Source: Oikopleura dioica (Eukaryota; Animalia; Chordata). From it: 64,000 nucleotides of DNA. This document shows, one piece after another, positions 1-12,940 of the stretch. The position numbers and the translations under genes are program-made. Location: positions 3,596,001-3,660,000 of the forward strand of contig OU015567.1 of the NCBI GenBank assembly GCA_907165135.1. The letters run 5' to 3'. Numbering within the stretch: the stretch's first letter is position 1; every line of letters starts with the position of its first letter. Below the pieces are notes generated by a model, which was given only the letters and a program-made list of their open reading frames with translations, was not told the DNA's origin and did not search any database.

Positions 1-1814
1 TCATCTTTCCGCGAATCAGAGCGTTGCTTGTTCGAACTTGGAGGAGTTCTTGGTCTTCCGGTCGCAGAAGATCGATCGGATACTTATTCGATTGAATTAT
101 GTCTGTCTATTTTGAAATTTACCTTATTCATGCTGTTTTTCACAGAGCAGAGCTCCGGAAAAAGTACCACGAGGATGTTGAGTGCATCACTATCTTTGTT
201 CAGAGCTGCGTGATGCAATACAGACTCATTATCAATGTCGAGCTTCTTTAGCACAGCTGAATATTTTGACTTCATTTTCCGCAAGACATTGAGCATTTTC
301 ATATCGATCAGAATATTTGCTGGCATCGATTGTTTTGGCCAGAACTGAAAGATGTCGAAACCGTCGTCTTCGAGAATGTAAGTCAATTTCCGCTCAATTT
401 CCATTTTTCTTCATCGGAGAAGTCGGCAACATCGGTAAGCGCGTGGTAGCTCCAGTCATGGCCGTCTCGTGTTCGTGCAGGAAGAAGTTCTCGCGGAAAA
501 CGATCCGCAATACGGGTGAATTGGGCGTATGGTGCGTATTTGAGAGCAACTCCAAGAATGTTCCCCTCTGCCTCGCCTCTGTAGTTCCAGGTAACAGTTG
601 CATTCATGATTGTCGAGAGCATCTCGATGAGCCGATTCTTTTAAGTTTAACCGCGCTAGAGTTTTATTTATATAATTTTGTATGTTATCTCAACATTACT
701 TTTTGAAATTGAGAATAACATCATAAAAGAGATCCGCTGTTTCTCCATAGCTCAACCAATCAAGAGCATTCTTCGACTGAGTGTAGACCCTAAACGTGTC
801 GATGTCCCCTGTCTTAATGGCAATTTTGAGAACATATGCCACATTGCTGCCGTTCTGATCGCATTCCATCAAGAAGCGCATGATCTGATCCTGCATTGGA
901 GTCTCGTAGAGATATCCGAGCCTTAACATCCTGTGAATCAGTTAAAAGTAATGGAAACTACGTTTGATAGGACTCCAATTTTCTGTCCATTAGTGACTTG
1001 ATAGGCCAACCGTCGCCGCCAGATGCTACCTTCATTTCCGTCTTCATGTCACTTAGCACACATTTTAGAAGATGGAGCCGCTCGTCGCTTTCCCAGAATT
1101 CTATGGTGAATTAATATAAAATTGTTCTAACTTCGCTTCTTACGATGAATCATTGACAGGACCGATGGCATTTCATCTTGCTTCAACTTGTATCCAAACT
1201 CCTGGAAAATATCAATCATTTTCGCAAGTAGATATGGACCGAGTTTTCTTCCAAAAATCATTCCTTGGCCGACCACATTAGCCGCGTATTCTCTCAGGCA
1301 TCGGTGTAAAATCGACTCGCCGTTAAAATCAAATGACGATCTTTCACCTTGTGCACTTTTTAGGAGCTCTGAATAGTAATGGAACTTTACGAAACTAAAT
1401 TAATCTTCGCTACCTTTAAGGCAGATCTTTTGGCCCATGAAAGCCATTTTCATCGGAACTGTCCAAGCAGTTTCGTCGAGGACCAAGCTGTTCATGGAAT
1501 CTTGCTGCACCAGGAAAATTGTTATGTCTTTCGCGTTGGCCTCTTTTACGGATTACATTAATTATTTTATAGAAAATACTGCCTTGACTAATAGTATTTC
1601 ATGACAGAATATGTACTAATAAGTGATCCGTTACAATGGCAATGTCAAGAAGACTATATGCCCGCTGAGGTGGAAATCCAAGCGTTTGGTTAAAAGGAGC
1701 GTCGAAGGTGAGGCTGCACCAGTTCGCATTGAAGATTTGTATAAACTTCGCCGCGTTATCATATGTCAAGATTCCACGCAATCGCTCATCGAGCGCGTCG
1801 ATATTTCGAACCAT
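1..1814 (-). CDS. Multi-exon ankyrin-repeat protein, 3' end runs off the window
   Basis: Ankyrin-like motifs in successive exons: ESVLHHAALNKDSDALNILV..KNSMNK|YPIDLL, DQNGSNVAYVLKIAIKTGD, DFNGESILHRCL; short GT-AG introns. Start position uncertain. Confidence 0.6.
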
Positions 1815-1982
1815 TCTGAATCATTGTTTATACCCCTTGATAGCTTGTAGAAGGTGTAGAAAGGGGTGCAGAAAAATGCCGGAAAGGGCTGCGGCAACGA
1901 ACTACTAATAAATGTAAGCAATTGTTAATCGATCTGCCTATACAAATACAAAATGTTGTTTTTTATTATTTTACATATTTTC

Positions 1983-2180
1983 TACAAATGGCGGTGAAAG
2001 AGCTAAGGTCTTGCAGTTAACTCAAGCTAATAATGAGGTTGAGAATCGCAGTGGATTTTTTTTGTTATTTTTTACAATTTTTTTTACAAATGGCGGTGAA
2101 AGAGCTAAGGTCTTGCAGTTTACTCAAGCTAATATTGAGATTGAGAATGGCAGTGGATATTTTTTTTTTGTTTTTTCTTT
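1983..2180. repeat. Two direct copies of a ~102-bp unit
   Basis: TACAAATGGCGGTGAAAGAGCTAAGGTCTTGCAGTT starts at 1983 and at 2085. Confidence 0.85.
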
Positions 2181-2211
2181 CTTACAAACTTGCTACAAAA
2201 CCGGTGAGAAT

Positions 2212-2400
2212 CTATGATGTAGCGGTGGACTCATGCTCATTTTTGAGGTTGATGAGTTCTGTGCGCATTTCGTAGAAGTCCTGCTTCGCTTGAAGGAAGT
2301 CGATGACGTTGAGAAGAGTCCGCATAGGTGACCAGTCGGAAGTATCCTCAAGCTCCTCAAATCTCTTCAGATCATCCAGCTCTTTTTCAAGACGATCCAT
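2212..2400 (-). CDS. Small coiled-coil-like orphan ORF, probably with an upstream exon at ~2520-2600
   Basis: ORF MDRLEKELDDLKRFEELED... has protein-like composition; no recognisable domain. Confidence 0.4.
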   Translation of the reverse strand: MDRLEKELDDLKRFEELEDTSDWSPMRTLLNVIDFLQAKQDFYEMRTELINLKNEHESTATS

Positions 2401-2668
2401 GCGCGGGAAGAATCTTTGTCGTGTTAAAATAATTTAAATAATTTATAATAATATAGATGTATTAACACTTAACTGGTTATTTCGCCGACAAGTAATTGTT
2501 TTCCGCCGATCGTCAAGTAAAAGTCTTTCCGTTTGATAATCGCTCTTCCCCGCGCGGTGATGCTCTCAGCATACTCGCGCAACTCCTTCATCAGAATCGG
2601 GTAAATGTTTCTTTCATTCATTCTGAAATTTGTTTATGCAAATTACTTTTGCATATTTTAAATATCTT

Positions 2669-4683
2669 TTAGTTAAAATTCAAAGTATCAGACAAGCTAA
2701 CTTTGACTTTCAGTTTAACAAGTTTGAATGTTTTTTCGTGCTCCTTTTTCGCAATCGAGGCCGCCTTTTCTGCTTGGCCGCGTTTTATTCTGTATACTAT
2801 CTCATCATGCACGTTTACCGCTTTTTTATAGCTGCTGATTTTACTATTCATCTTATTTTTATGATTATTTGATAATAACAGCTAACCCTTGACATAATCG
2901 ACCGCGATTTCACTGCTCTTCATCACCTCAAGGACCTTCAATGTAGTGATTTTAATCTGCTCTGTTGCGTTGCTTTGAATCACGGCATGAAAGGCTGAAG
3001 AAAATGGTTTAGTTTATCTCAAAGGACCTACTAGACACTTACCATGGAATCTGCGATGTTTATTGATAGACATTGAAGGCAAAGGCCTTCTTATCTCTCT
3101 TCCTTCTTCTGTGCAAATCATTTGATGCCGGTTAAAAGTTTGAATAACTTCACGCTTATAATCAACGAGATCTATTTCCTTAGGTAAAAAATAATTGTTT
3201 ACGCGGTACCTTTAAATTTTGACAGCAGTGATTCGCGTAGAGCATTTGCGTGGAGTGTATCTATGTTAAGGTCGCGTGCCATTGAGAACAGACCTTGATC
3301 GTACATCCACTTGTAGATCAAATCTTTAATCACTTTTCGTTTATCCTCAGGAAATAAGCCAAATTTTTCTAGGAGTGATGAGTACTTTTCAAAAATGTCA
3401 TCTTCTTTGTTGAATGTGTCCGCGAGAAAGGTACTCTTAATTTATTTTAAAAAGGCCATGTTATGCCACGTGTATTATTACGCCTGATAATCCAACAGCG
3501 ATTGAATATTCGAATTGTTTGTAGTCAATGGTAAGAAAGATATGATCTTCACCCGCAAAAATAAATTGCCGTAAACTGAGAAGAAGGGATCGTTATTTGT
3601 CTGAGATAAAGTAATGGTAAATGAAGGATCCCTTTACCATATGTTTGTCCATCAAGAAGAATGCACTTAGGATAATATTAATCTCAGAAAAGGGAAAAAA
3701 TTACCTTGGAGAGACCCTGCAAATTATAATTGGACATGTAGAGGCGACCAGTCGAACTCAAAAAATTAATTCGTTTGCAATGCAACTTTCCGTCTTTTGC
3801 AGATCTTCTAGCATTTTTCAGTTTTTTCAGTACTTTACTTTATAGGTTGCATCAACATATAATAAGATAATTTACTTAGTTTTTTAAGAGCAACAATCCT
3901 AAAGGTGTTGTACTCTGCCACGATTTTGGTGCGTTCGAATTCGTCGAAGAAAGGACGAAATTTTCCCGTGTTTATGGTAGCATGATCACTGAGCCGCCTT
4001 TTTATACCGTCAGGAACGTGACCAGAGGGAATGAAGAAATCGCAAATGATCTTTCTGAGAACATTTATCTTCGAGTAAATTTCAGCAACCTGACTATCAA
4101 TGCCCAAAGTCGAAAGTTCGTAACCTTTATTCACTCCATCCAGATGTAATACTGTATGTCTATATTCTATTTGATACAATTTAAGAAAATCTGGATTCTT
4201 CAATGATGAGTTATATGTTATGTACAGCGCCTCTAGTTTCATAAAAATTGAAGACAAATGCAAGGAGCCGCCATTGAAACCGCAAGTTTTTGCCGCTGTG
4301 TCAAGAGTCAGCTTGGCAAAATTAAAGGCATTACTATTCACTATCCAAAGCATGATTTTTAAGACAAAAATATTGTCAAATAATTTAAAAACTACTGAGT
4401 TGATTGAATTAATTTCCCAGATAAATATAAATCTGACTCGAGAAAAAAGGGCTTGAATAAGTTGATGGTTATTTGACTTGAATAAATAAATATTCTTTCT
4501 CGACAAGAATTTTATGTAAAGCTTGTCCGCGGCGATATGAACGAACGCGCAGTCCGAATCTGTTGGTAAATCAACTGTTTTTAAGTGCGCGACGTCAAAA
4601 CAGTCCGTGATCAAGAGGCGCTCTGCTTGTTCGCGGCATTCAGCAATAACAGCATCAACACGAGATTTTTGCAGTTGTTCCAT
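2669..4683 (-). CDS. Family-A DNA polymerase (PolA/Pol theta/Pol nu-like polymerase domain, no helicase domain), multi-exon
   Basis: Manual splicing gives PolA motifs in order: SSTGRLYMSNYNLQGLSK (cf. TGRLSSxxPNLQNIP); motif A LRQFIFAGEDHIFLTIDYKQFEYSIAVGLSG (cf. DYSQIE); motif B KRKVIKDLIYKWMYDQG; AVIQSNATEQIK (cf. IQGSAADxxK); motif C AVNVHDEIVY. One junction near 3,594 has an in-frame TAA or a frameshift. Confidence 0.9.
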
Positions 4684-4936
4684 CTTGACTTTTAACTTTT
4701 TTTAGATGCACATCACAAGAATATGATTTGACTTATAAGAGAGTGTAAATGTGTGCAACATAACGATGGCGATAGGATAGAAATCAACTGCTTAAATTCT
4801 TTCTCAGGCAAGACCATTCTTAATATAATAGGGATAAAAAAGGAAGAAAAGTGAAGTGTACAAAGCATAGGCTGGAATGCGAAAATCAATTATTCTAACT
4901 AAGTGCCGCGGCAATTAAAATCAAGTGAAAAGGCAG

Positions 4937-6472
4937 TCAAGGTTTAAACTCGAAAGTCGTAGAAACGAATTCTTCCGCATTATTGGTATTCTGTCGACAA
5001 ACTTCCGCATGATGAGGAGAATCGTGAATGCTCACAACTTTATACATTGAGATATCATAGAACTTTCTGAGTTACATCAGGATTCAATGACAGTGAAAGA
5101 CAATCTCAAATCATATGTAACATTCCTTGTCGATGCACTTGTCAAGAGCTGGGTTCAGAAGCAGTAGTTTGCCACGCCAGAAGCACTCGCATCTGCTCTG
5201 TTGACAGGTCGCGCATTGAAGAAAGATGGCATTTTGCTTCAAATCATGACGATACCTGAACTCATTTTATGCAGAAAAATTAAGATTTAAAACACTCACA
5301 CAACAGCAATGAAGAATTTGCCGAAAATTCGTAAAATGTACTTAACCCCCTCGCCGAGATTGCGTCCGCCCGTAATCATGATCAAAATAGGCGTTCCACT
5401 GGATCCGTGTTCTGACACGGAATATTTCGAAGGAACATCGCCAGCGACAGTTCCGTATCTCGGCGAAGCTTCTCTCGCGTACTCTTCGCCAAATTGTAAG
5501 CTAATTAGAAATTGAAAGATGGTTTTCTTGCAATTAAAAACCTAAACTCCAAGCGTTTGCTTCTTTCGCGCAACTCTCGCTCGACAACTGTCCGCGTTTC
5601 GTCTTCAGTCCAAGCGATACCGGGGCAACTGTGAAACCCTCGTTCATCCATAATCGTGTAGCTGCTTGGATCGGTAAACTAAGTATTATGAGAGAACATA
5701 TGTATCACTTAAATTACCATTTTTAAAGTGGAATTGTGATTTTCATAATCGTCAAGAAGGATATGAGGTTTCAACTTCAGTGAAATCCGCCATTTGCATC
5801 GAAGACCGCTTGAGATCCCGTAGTCGCAAAAAACCCGCATATGGTCGCATCCAGAAGATTTATATGTCTTCCATCTATAAATATTTAAATAATAAAAAAT
5901 AATAATGATTCTAAACCTGCGCGCGCGATAATAAGATTGACCATCATGAAAGACGTAGATATGGCTTCGTTGATGCATGTGAGAAAAATAAGATTTAATC
6001 GCAACCAACTTCATCATGTTCTTATAAAAATTAACAAAAGTGAGATAATTAAATCTTACGAGTTCAGTATGTGCAGTTGCACTGGAGCCGTGAAAACGAG
6101 AGAGAAAATTGCCCGCATTGAAAAGGTGTACCACGTCTGATTTTCCAAAATTTTGTTTTCTTTTAACATCAGTCACCGTCAAGTCATTGTCAGGAACATA
6201 GCAGATACCATCTTCTCCGCCAGGCATTTTCTCGAGTAAAGACTAAAAGTGTATAACCCACGATGGCGAATTATGAATACCTTGGAAGCATTGCCCTGAG
6301 CTATGAATCTCCGCGAATTACTTGGGCAATGGGCATTAGTCTTCTTTGTTTGAATGAAAGACTGAGCGTTACACAAGTCATCTTCGTTTCCGGAAGGTAT
6401 ACCCCTGAGAGAAATGATATCATCGATATCAAGTATATGCTTCATCGCATTCTCAGCAGTCATTGTAACCAT
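4937..6472 (-). CDS. Multi-exon protein with two WRKY/FLYWCH (GCM1-fold)-like zinc-finger domains
   Basis: Spliced reading YVFHDGQSYYRARRWKTY..RVFCDYGISSGLRCKWRISLKL..GFHSC, then a second unit FRYRHDLKQNAIFLQCATCQQSRCECFWRGKL..HDSPHH. Last intron not resolved. Confidence 0.6.
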
Positions 6473-6825
6473 CTAAAAGGACATTAGGAACAGTCTTAAA
6501 TAAAGAGTTTTTGAATTTACCATTGGGATGGTGGAGGTAGACAGCTCATGATTTACGGAATGGGTGAAAAGGTTATTTCTTTCGCTCTGTGTCTTGATAG
6601 TCACCATCTATATGCTTATGAGAGAGAGAAGAGACAAAGCTGGATTATACCATTGGAATGCAAACCTGGCCATGAGTAACTTCATCGCCACTTAACGAAG
6701 ACCCTTGACGACGATCACCCCCATCGACTTCCATATTCAATCATTCGATTACTAAAAAATAAAAGAAAATACAAAAATGCACAAATATTCTGTTGAGACA
6801 GCGAATAATGAGACTTTTGGATAAG

Positions 6826-9800
6826 TTATTCATCATCAGAGAGGGACTGTTCTCCCGACTTATAATCATAGACGTATTCTTCATAGTCATCATCGGTTGC
6901 AAACGATTGACCGTCATATTGCAGCGGCTCATCAGATGAGTCGCTCACCGCATCAGATTTCCGCGGGGAGTCGTCTTCGTAGTCGGACTCACCGGAAACA
7001 TATACCTCAGAGTCACGATAGCCGCCTAGAATTTCATCTCCCTCTGAGTGATTGTCACCTTCGTCGCTCAGATTGTTTGCCTGGGTAGAATCATTGCACT
7101 CATGGCGTTTGTTGGACCCCGCGTCATCTTGCAGCTGCTCATCGGAAGAATCGCTCACCACCACCGCAACAGATTTCCGCGGGGGGTAATCTTCGTAGTC
7201 AGACTCATCAGAATCATATACCTCGGAATCACGATAGCTGTCCGGCATTTCTTCTCTCTCTGCGTCACTATCACCTTCGTTATTCCGATTATTTGACTCG
7301 ATAGGATCATGAGACTCATGGCGTTCGTTCAGCTCCGCGTCATTTGCATACTCATCACCCTCGCCATGATTGCTATCGTCGTATTCATCACCATCTTCAA
7401 AATATTCGTCGCTCTCATACTCTGACTCTCCACATTCATCACCACTGTTACCATTATAGCTTCTATCACTCTCGACAGCTTCATCTTGATCGATAAAATC
7501 ACGAAGTGATCCTTCAGAATCGGAATCATAGGATCTTTCGCTATCATCGCCCAAAGGATGAACATCTTCAATTGGTGAATCGCTGAAAGGATGCGAAAGA
7601 ACCGAATCCATACGCATAGGAGAGGAAACTGGGGCAGCATGCTCATCAGTACAAATTTCATCTTGAGTGGGACATTCTTCAGCAAGCGTTTTGGAAGCGC
7701 CAATCGATGAGCAAGCTAAACAAATTTTATACAAGCCGCGATAAACACAAACCTTTCGATAGTTGCGAATCATCATTTTCCACGGATCGAGCCAAAATAA
7801 TGGGCGCATCAACCAGAGACGAATAGGGATCAGGCGAGGCAAGCGAAAATTCACTCATCTGCCTTGACAGCGGAGATAAGAAAGTAGTGGACGAACTGGA
7901 AGAAGCCACACAGGTAGATTCGGGAACAGTCTCTGGGCTCTTCTGACTGCATGTCAGCTTTTTTGTCGCGGAAATAGCTGGTACATCATCAATGTGATCG
8001 TGAGAAACTACCGCGGAGTTGGTTATCTGCGTCTTTGAGGTGCGAGTTTTCTTTTTAGCCGCGGAAACAGCTGGAATGAATAAGTCATTAATTTTCTCTG
8101 AGGTAGAAGGAACATCGGGATTGAAGTCATCAGCTGCGGAGTTAGCTGTCATTCGATCATTCGCAATAGAAGAAGCAAGTTTTTCCTGAAATCCCGGACC
8201 AAGGTCAATCTCAGCATCATCATTAACCGAATGAGATACAGAATTGATAAGTTCTTCGTCAATAAGTTCTGCAAATTGTGACGTATCAACAGAGTCTTCC
8301 GGGCCAAAGCATTCAAATTCTTCCATTGGAATAGGGTTGATAGTCGCATCAGGTTTAAAGAGATTTCCAAGAGATGGAGGGGGGACCACAAATTCTTCCA
8401 ATGAACCGCCAACATCTTTGACAATGGTAAGATCGCGAAGAATAGATACAAATCGATCAAAATCTCCCGGGGTGATAGTCTTGTCCTCCCGCATTGCAAT
8501 CTTTTTCGACCATTCAACAAGACAATAAATGGTGTTAACCGAGTTCAGTTCTTCTGTAGTTTCATTTCGATATGTAAATTTGCCGCATGAAGTCTCGGTA
8601 AAATGTTCCTTCAACCATCGCGAATTATTTTCGATGTACGGCGTGATGGTTTTCGCGCGTTTCACAACATACCGCATGTGCATCCGATTAATTGAGCTTA
8701 ATACAACTTAGGATGGAAAAGATAATCACGAATACCTGTGCTTCGCCTCATTTGAATTCGTGGTCATATCGAAGCCGACGACAAAATTCTTGTCCTTCTC
8801 GACTTCGTTGTACCATGAATAACTAAAAACTAAAACGCTATTTCACATGATATAGTTCACCTTTCCAGAGTCTCTCCGCTGAACATCAAAGTCCAGTATT
8901 CCACAATTTCATCCACAAAGTCATCGACCGATTTAGTTTTTCCATCGGGAAAGTAATACGATTGATCATCGTTCTTCTTCTTCTTGCCGGTTATTGCGAG
9001 TTTATTCCGCCATGAAAAACGCGCATGTTCGCCGATTTTGTGAATCAAGTTGATAACGATTCCAGGGTGGACGAATTTCTAATTACACAAAATGTAACAA
9101 ATAACAGCAGTTATAACTTACGCAAGCCATCAAATGATTCATCGTCTTGTAATGATAGTTGGATAATCGTTTACGACCGCTGTGACCAGATACAAATCGC
9201 CGTAGATTACACCAGCTGTGATAATTACACGACAAAACCGGTGAATTCACGCATACGCCATGCTTCGCCGCGGCTAACTTGAACCCATTTTTCGCCGCAA
9301 GCTCCCTGTGCAATATAAGTAACGTAAAAAGAATAAAAAACTTACATATCGATCTTTAATTTAACCCGCCCTATTTTCTTGCCGCAAGCTTTGACATCAG
9401 TGAAGAGTTTATCGAATACACGCTCATAGAAAATTTCATCCCGTTGATTTGAATAGCCGTGCCAGCCTAAACATTCGTAAACGTATACCGTCAAAGAATA
9501 GCTTACATAAGATAGAGGCACACTTCTCGTCAGACACCCAAAAATCCAGAGAAATCAGATAGTACTGCGTGTAAAGACCAGCGGATTTAAATGTACCGTC
9601 CGCGCTGATGACTATGAAAATAGATGAAATTCACATATGAACAAAAATAAACTACCTTGACAATCTTCATTCCAGTAGATTGCAACGTGATGACGAAAAC
9701 ATCCCAGAAGATACTCCTTATGCTTTTCTTCGTCGAAAACCGTGACTTCTTTCATAACTCTCGCAGGAGAAGACCGAAACGATATCTTCATGTGCTTAAT

Positions 9801-12620
9801 AAATTAATAAAGAGAAAATAAATTATTCCATACTTCTAGATGAACCGAAGGGCAGACGGTAGATTTTGTCTTCCAATTCTTCTGATTGCGATACTGAATT
9901 TTATTCCGGATTTGCGTTACGAAATCACGCATGCCATTGGGAGGGTTAAAGTTGAAAGTATCACAAAGAGTTTCAACTTCACGGTAAACATCAACAGTGT
10001 AATGCATCTTCGCTAAATCGGACATAACCCCCATCACAGCCGGCCGCATATCATTATCCTCATTGAGAGGCCTAAATATAAATAAAATAGGAAAATGCAT
10101 TAACACATACTTGCAACAATGGGGTTTCGTGACACGACGTCTCGGAATTGCGTAAAGTAAGCCACCAATTTCTTTAGTCCTCTCCTGGTAAATCGTCAGG
10201 GACGTATTGTTCTTCGACTTTTGATAGACAATGCTGTCATCAAGAATAGCAAATTTGTAAGTTTTATCGCATTTTTTCTTCGATTCGTCCGCGTTCAAAA
10301 GATTTTGAGATTCTACAAATTTCCATTCGGAGATAGTCTTCTGGTCTTTCGAAATATAATGTACATTTTCTGTCCACGTAGATTTAGGATCGTAGTTTCC
10401 ATCAGGAGAAAATGGACGAGAAGCCTTAGTTACATCGTAAACTTTATCGCGTTTGCACCGTAAGATGAGATAATAGATATCATCGTCATGATCGAAGTAG
10501 ACTTGTTTCACCGCGAAAAGTCTGTAGCCATCATGTTCGCGAAGAATAAAATTCATCAGCTTGGACCCGTCAGAATAAAAACGGATTATCTGCGGAGGGG
10601 AAGATAAATACATCGTGATATCAGAGAATTTTCCAGCGATGAATTCCCTCCACTTCATAGCCTTCAGATTGTAGCAAGGAACGGGGGGAAGTTTAACAAA
10701 TTCGCATGTTTTTTTAGACGGTTCAGCCAGCTCAGTTTCAACAGCGCGACGCGCCTCAAAGTAATCAGCACGCTGGGTACGGTGCCTATCGAGAACATCT
10801 TGATGAAAAACTTCATCATCTTCCCCTTGAAGATCATCAGTGTCTTCATTTTGAGGAGCTACACTTTCTTCGCTTTCAGAAGAAATAAGCAGCTCAGAGA
10901 TATCCGCATGGTGAATGATAGGAGGTAGACGATCAACGGGCTTTTGTCCAACGGAAGAATCTTTCTTGCTTTGAACAGCGATACAGTTACGTTTTTTTTT
11001 TCTTGATGGAGCAGGAGTTGTGGTTGTACTATCGCGCACTTTACCAATAGATGACTTGCCGCTAGTAGATGTTTTTGTAGAATTCAAGGATCTTTTCGAG
11101 CCGCTTGACACCGACTGACCGGAACTACTCAGTTGACCATCGCGCGCTTTAGCTACAGGTGGTTGACCGCGAGTAGATGTTTTTGTAGAATGCGGGGATC
11201 TTTTCGAGCCGCTGGATACCGACTGACCGGAACTACTCAGCTGACCATCGCGCACTTTACCAACAGGCTGTTGACCGCTAGTAGATGTTTTCATAGAATG
11301 CGGGGATCTTTTCGAGCCGCTAGACACCGACTGGCCGGAACTACTCAGCTCATTCTTACGTAAAGGTGCAGGGGTCTTCAATCGTTCTTTCTTATGAACA
11401 ACCCGTTTACTAGCATTAGATGATTCATTGCGACGCCGTTTCATAGTTTTGTCAACAGGAGCAATATCAGGTCCATAAATAATCTCATCCATAATCTCAC
11501 CATCGTCAGCCAGAGCAGCCACTTTCCGTTCCTTCTTTTTGAAAGCACCAGATACAGTAGCGCTGACCGTCTCACCGAAGCTCTTTACTCGGGAAAAGGC
11601 ACGAGATGCGACACTGCCGGAACCTTTCGATTTCGGCTTCTTAAAAAGCTTGTTCTTAGTAGTTCGATCGAGCTCAGCCTCATCAATCTTCTCTTGCAAT
11701 TTGTCAGCCATCTCAACTCGTTTCATGCTCTCTTTGACGGTAGGAAAATTCGAGTAAACCGGCAATTCATTACTCGAAACTTTCTTGGGAGGAAGTTTGA
11801 TAAGTTCATTCTTCGCAACCGTTTTCTTCTTTTTCGGAATGAGTACAGAGGAAACCGCGCCATGAGTTTTTTTCTTTTCAGAAACGCGAGTGGTAGAGGA
11901 CGCGGCAGCGGTAGTAGTACCAGCACTAACAGTCTTCAAAGGTCGAGACGAGGCAGAATCAGCAAGTTCGCGGGGTTTGTTCTTCGTTACCTTACCATCC
12001 TTGGAACGAGGAGGCATCTGAGGACAACGCTTATTATCAACGCTATCGATCGTAGAAGGCTTTTTAGACTTGGCAATACTTCGCGAGGGTTTCTTCTTCA
12101 GTGGCTTTGCATCCTTGGAACTAGAAACCTTCTGAGGAACACGCATATTGTCAGAAGCACGCTGAGTCGTAGAGGGCCCTTTAATTGACGAAGCAACAGG
12201 CGGAAATTTTCTGTGGTAATCGGGACTATCAGGATCGAACCGCATAGGGGACTGGGAGTCAGCACACGCACGTTTCAACACGGACGAGATTGTCTCACCC
12301 TTATCCGGATTACGCACTACGGGCTTGTTTTCGCCGCCAGACAACTTATGCGGAACTTGACGATCCTTATTATCGCTTCCAGAATCGTGACGCGACGAAA
12401 CATTGGACTCCATCAAGACGCGGCTCTTCACAGGCTGGATATTCTTCTCATTGACCGACTTAGGCGGCTTGGGCAACACTTTCATGTTGGTATCAGGACC
12501 CCGCTTTGTAGTCATAGTAGAAGACGAGACCACATCCGAAGCGAGAGAATTCTCGTCCTTCTTTTTGTCCTTACGCGACCGAGAAGTTTTCCATTCACCA
12601 GCGCATTCGTCACCGGACAT
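6826..12620 (-). CDS. MULE (Mutator-like) DDE transposase, 1,824 aa, 9 exons, uninterrupted frame
   Basis: Exons 12620-9834, 9794-9656, 9611-9507, 9466-9346, 9305-9122, 9078-8861, 8822-8736, 8696-7753, 7715-6826 join in frame via GT-AG introns of 37-44 nt. Motifs: VISADGTFK (D1, ~9,600), KIDMELAAKNGF (D2, ~9,350), CNYH (CxxH), TTNSNEAKHSSIN (E, ~8,750), plus an upstream HDGYRLF..LRCK..PHCC WRKY/FLYWCH-like domain. Confidence 0.9.
11030..11355 (-). repeat. Three in-frame 108-bp (36-aa) tandem repeats in the transposase N-terminal region
   Basis: LSSSGQSVSSGSKRSPHSxKTSTxGQxPVxKxRDGQ repeated three times. Confidence 0.9.
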
Positions 12621-12673
12621 TGTGATTTCAGACTAAACAAACAAAATATAAATTATTCGCATAAATATGTAAT

Positions 12674-12940
12674 CTATTGTGACCAGGTATAATAACCGAG
12701 AAGACCATTAAGGAATACTATATCATTAGCAGAAAATGAATAGTTGCAGTGCGGACATCTTCCGGTAGTTAATTCAACAAGACAGCGAAAACATAGAACA
12801 TGACAGCAAGAACGAAACCGCATTGGAAAATGAAATTGATAATCAAATACACCCATACAAATAGCACAGGATAACCGATATCGAATTGGCATTCTACACA
12901 TGATATGATTAAACAAATTTATAAAAATAGATGAACACAA
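12674..12940 (-). CDS. C3HC4 RING-finger exon; probably the 3' end of a gene with hydrophobic upstream exons reaching ~13,850
   Basis: CAICMGVFDYQFHFPMRFRSCCHVLCFRCLVELTTGRCPHC; upstream exons not resolved in frame. Confidence 0.75.
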   Translation of the reverse strand: MCSSIFINLFNHIMCRMPIRYRLSCAICMGVFDYQFHFPMRFRSCCHVLCFRCLVELTTGRCPHCNYSFSANDIVFLNGLLGYYTWSQ

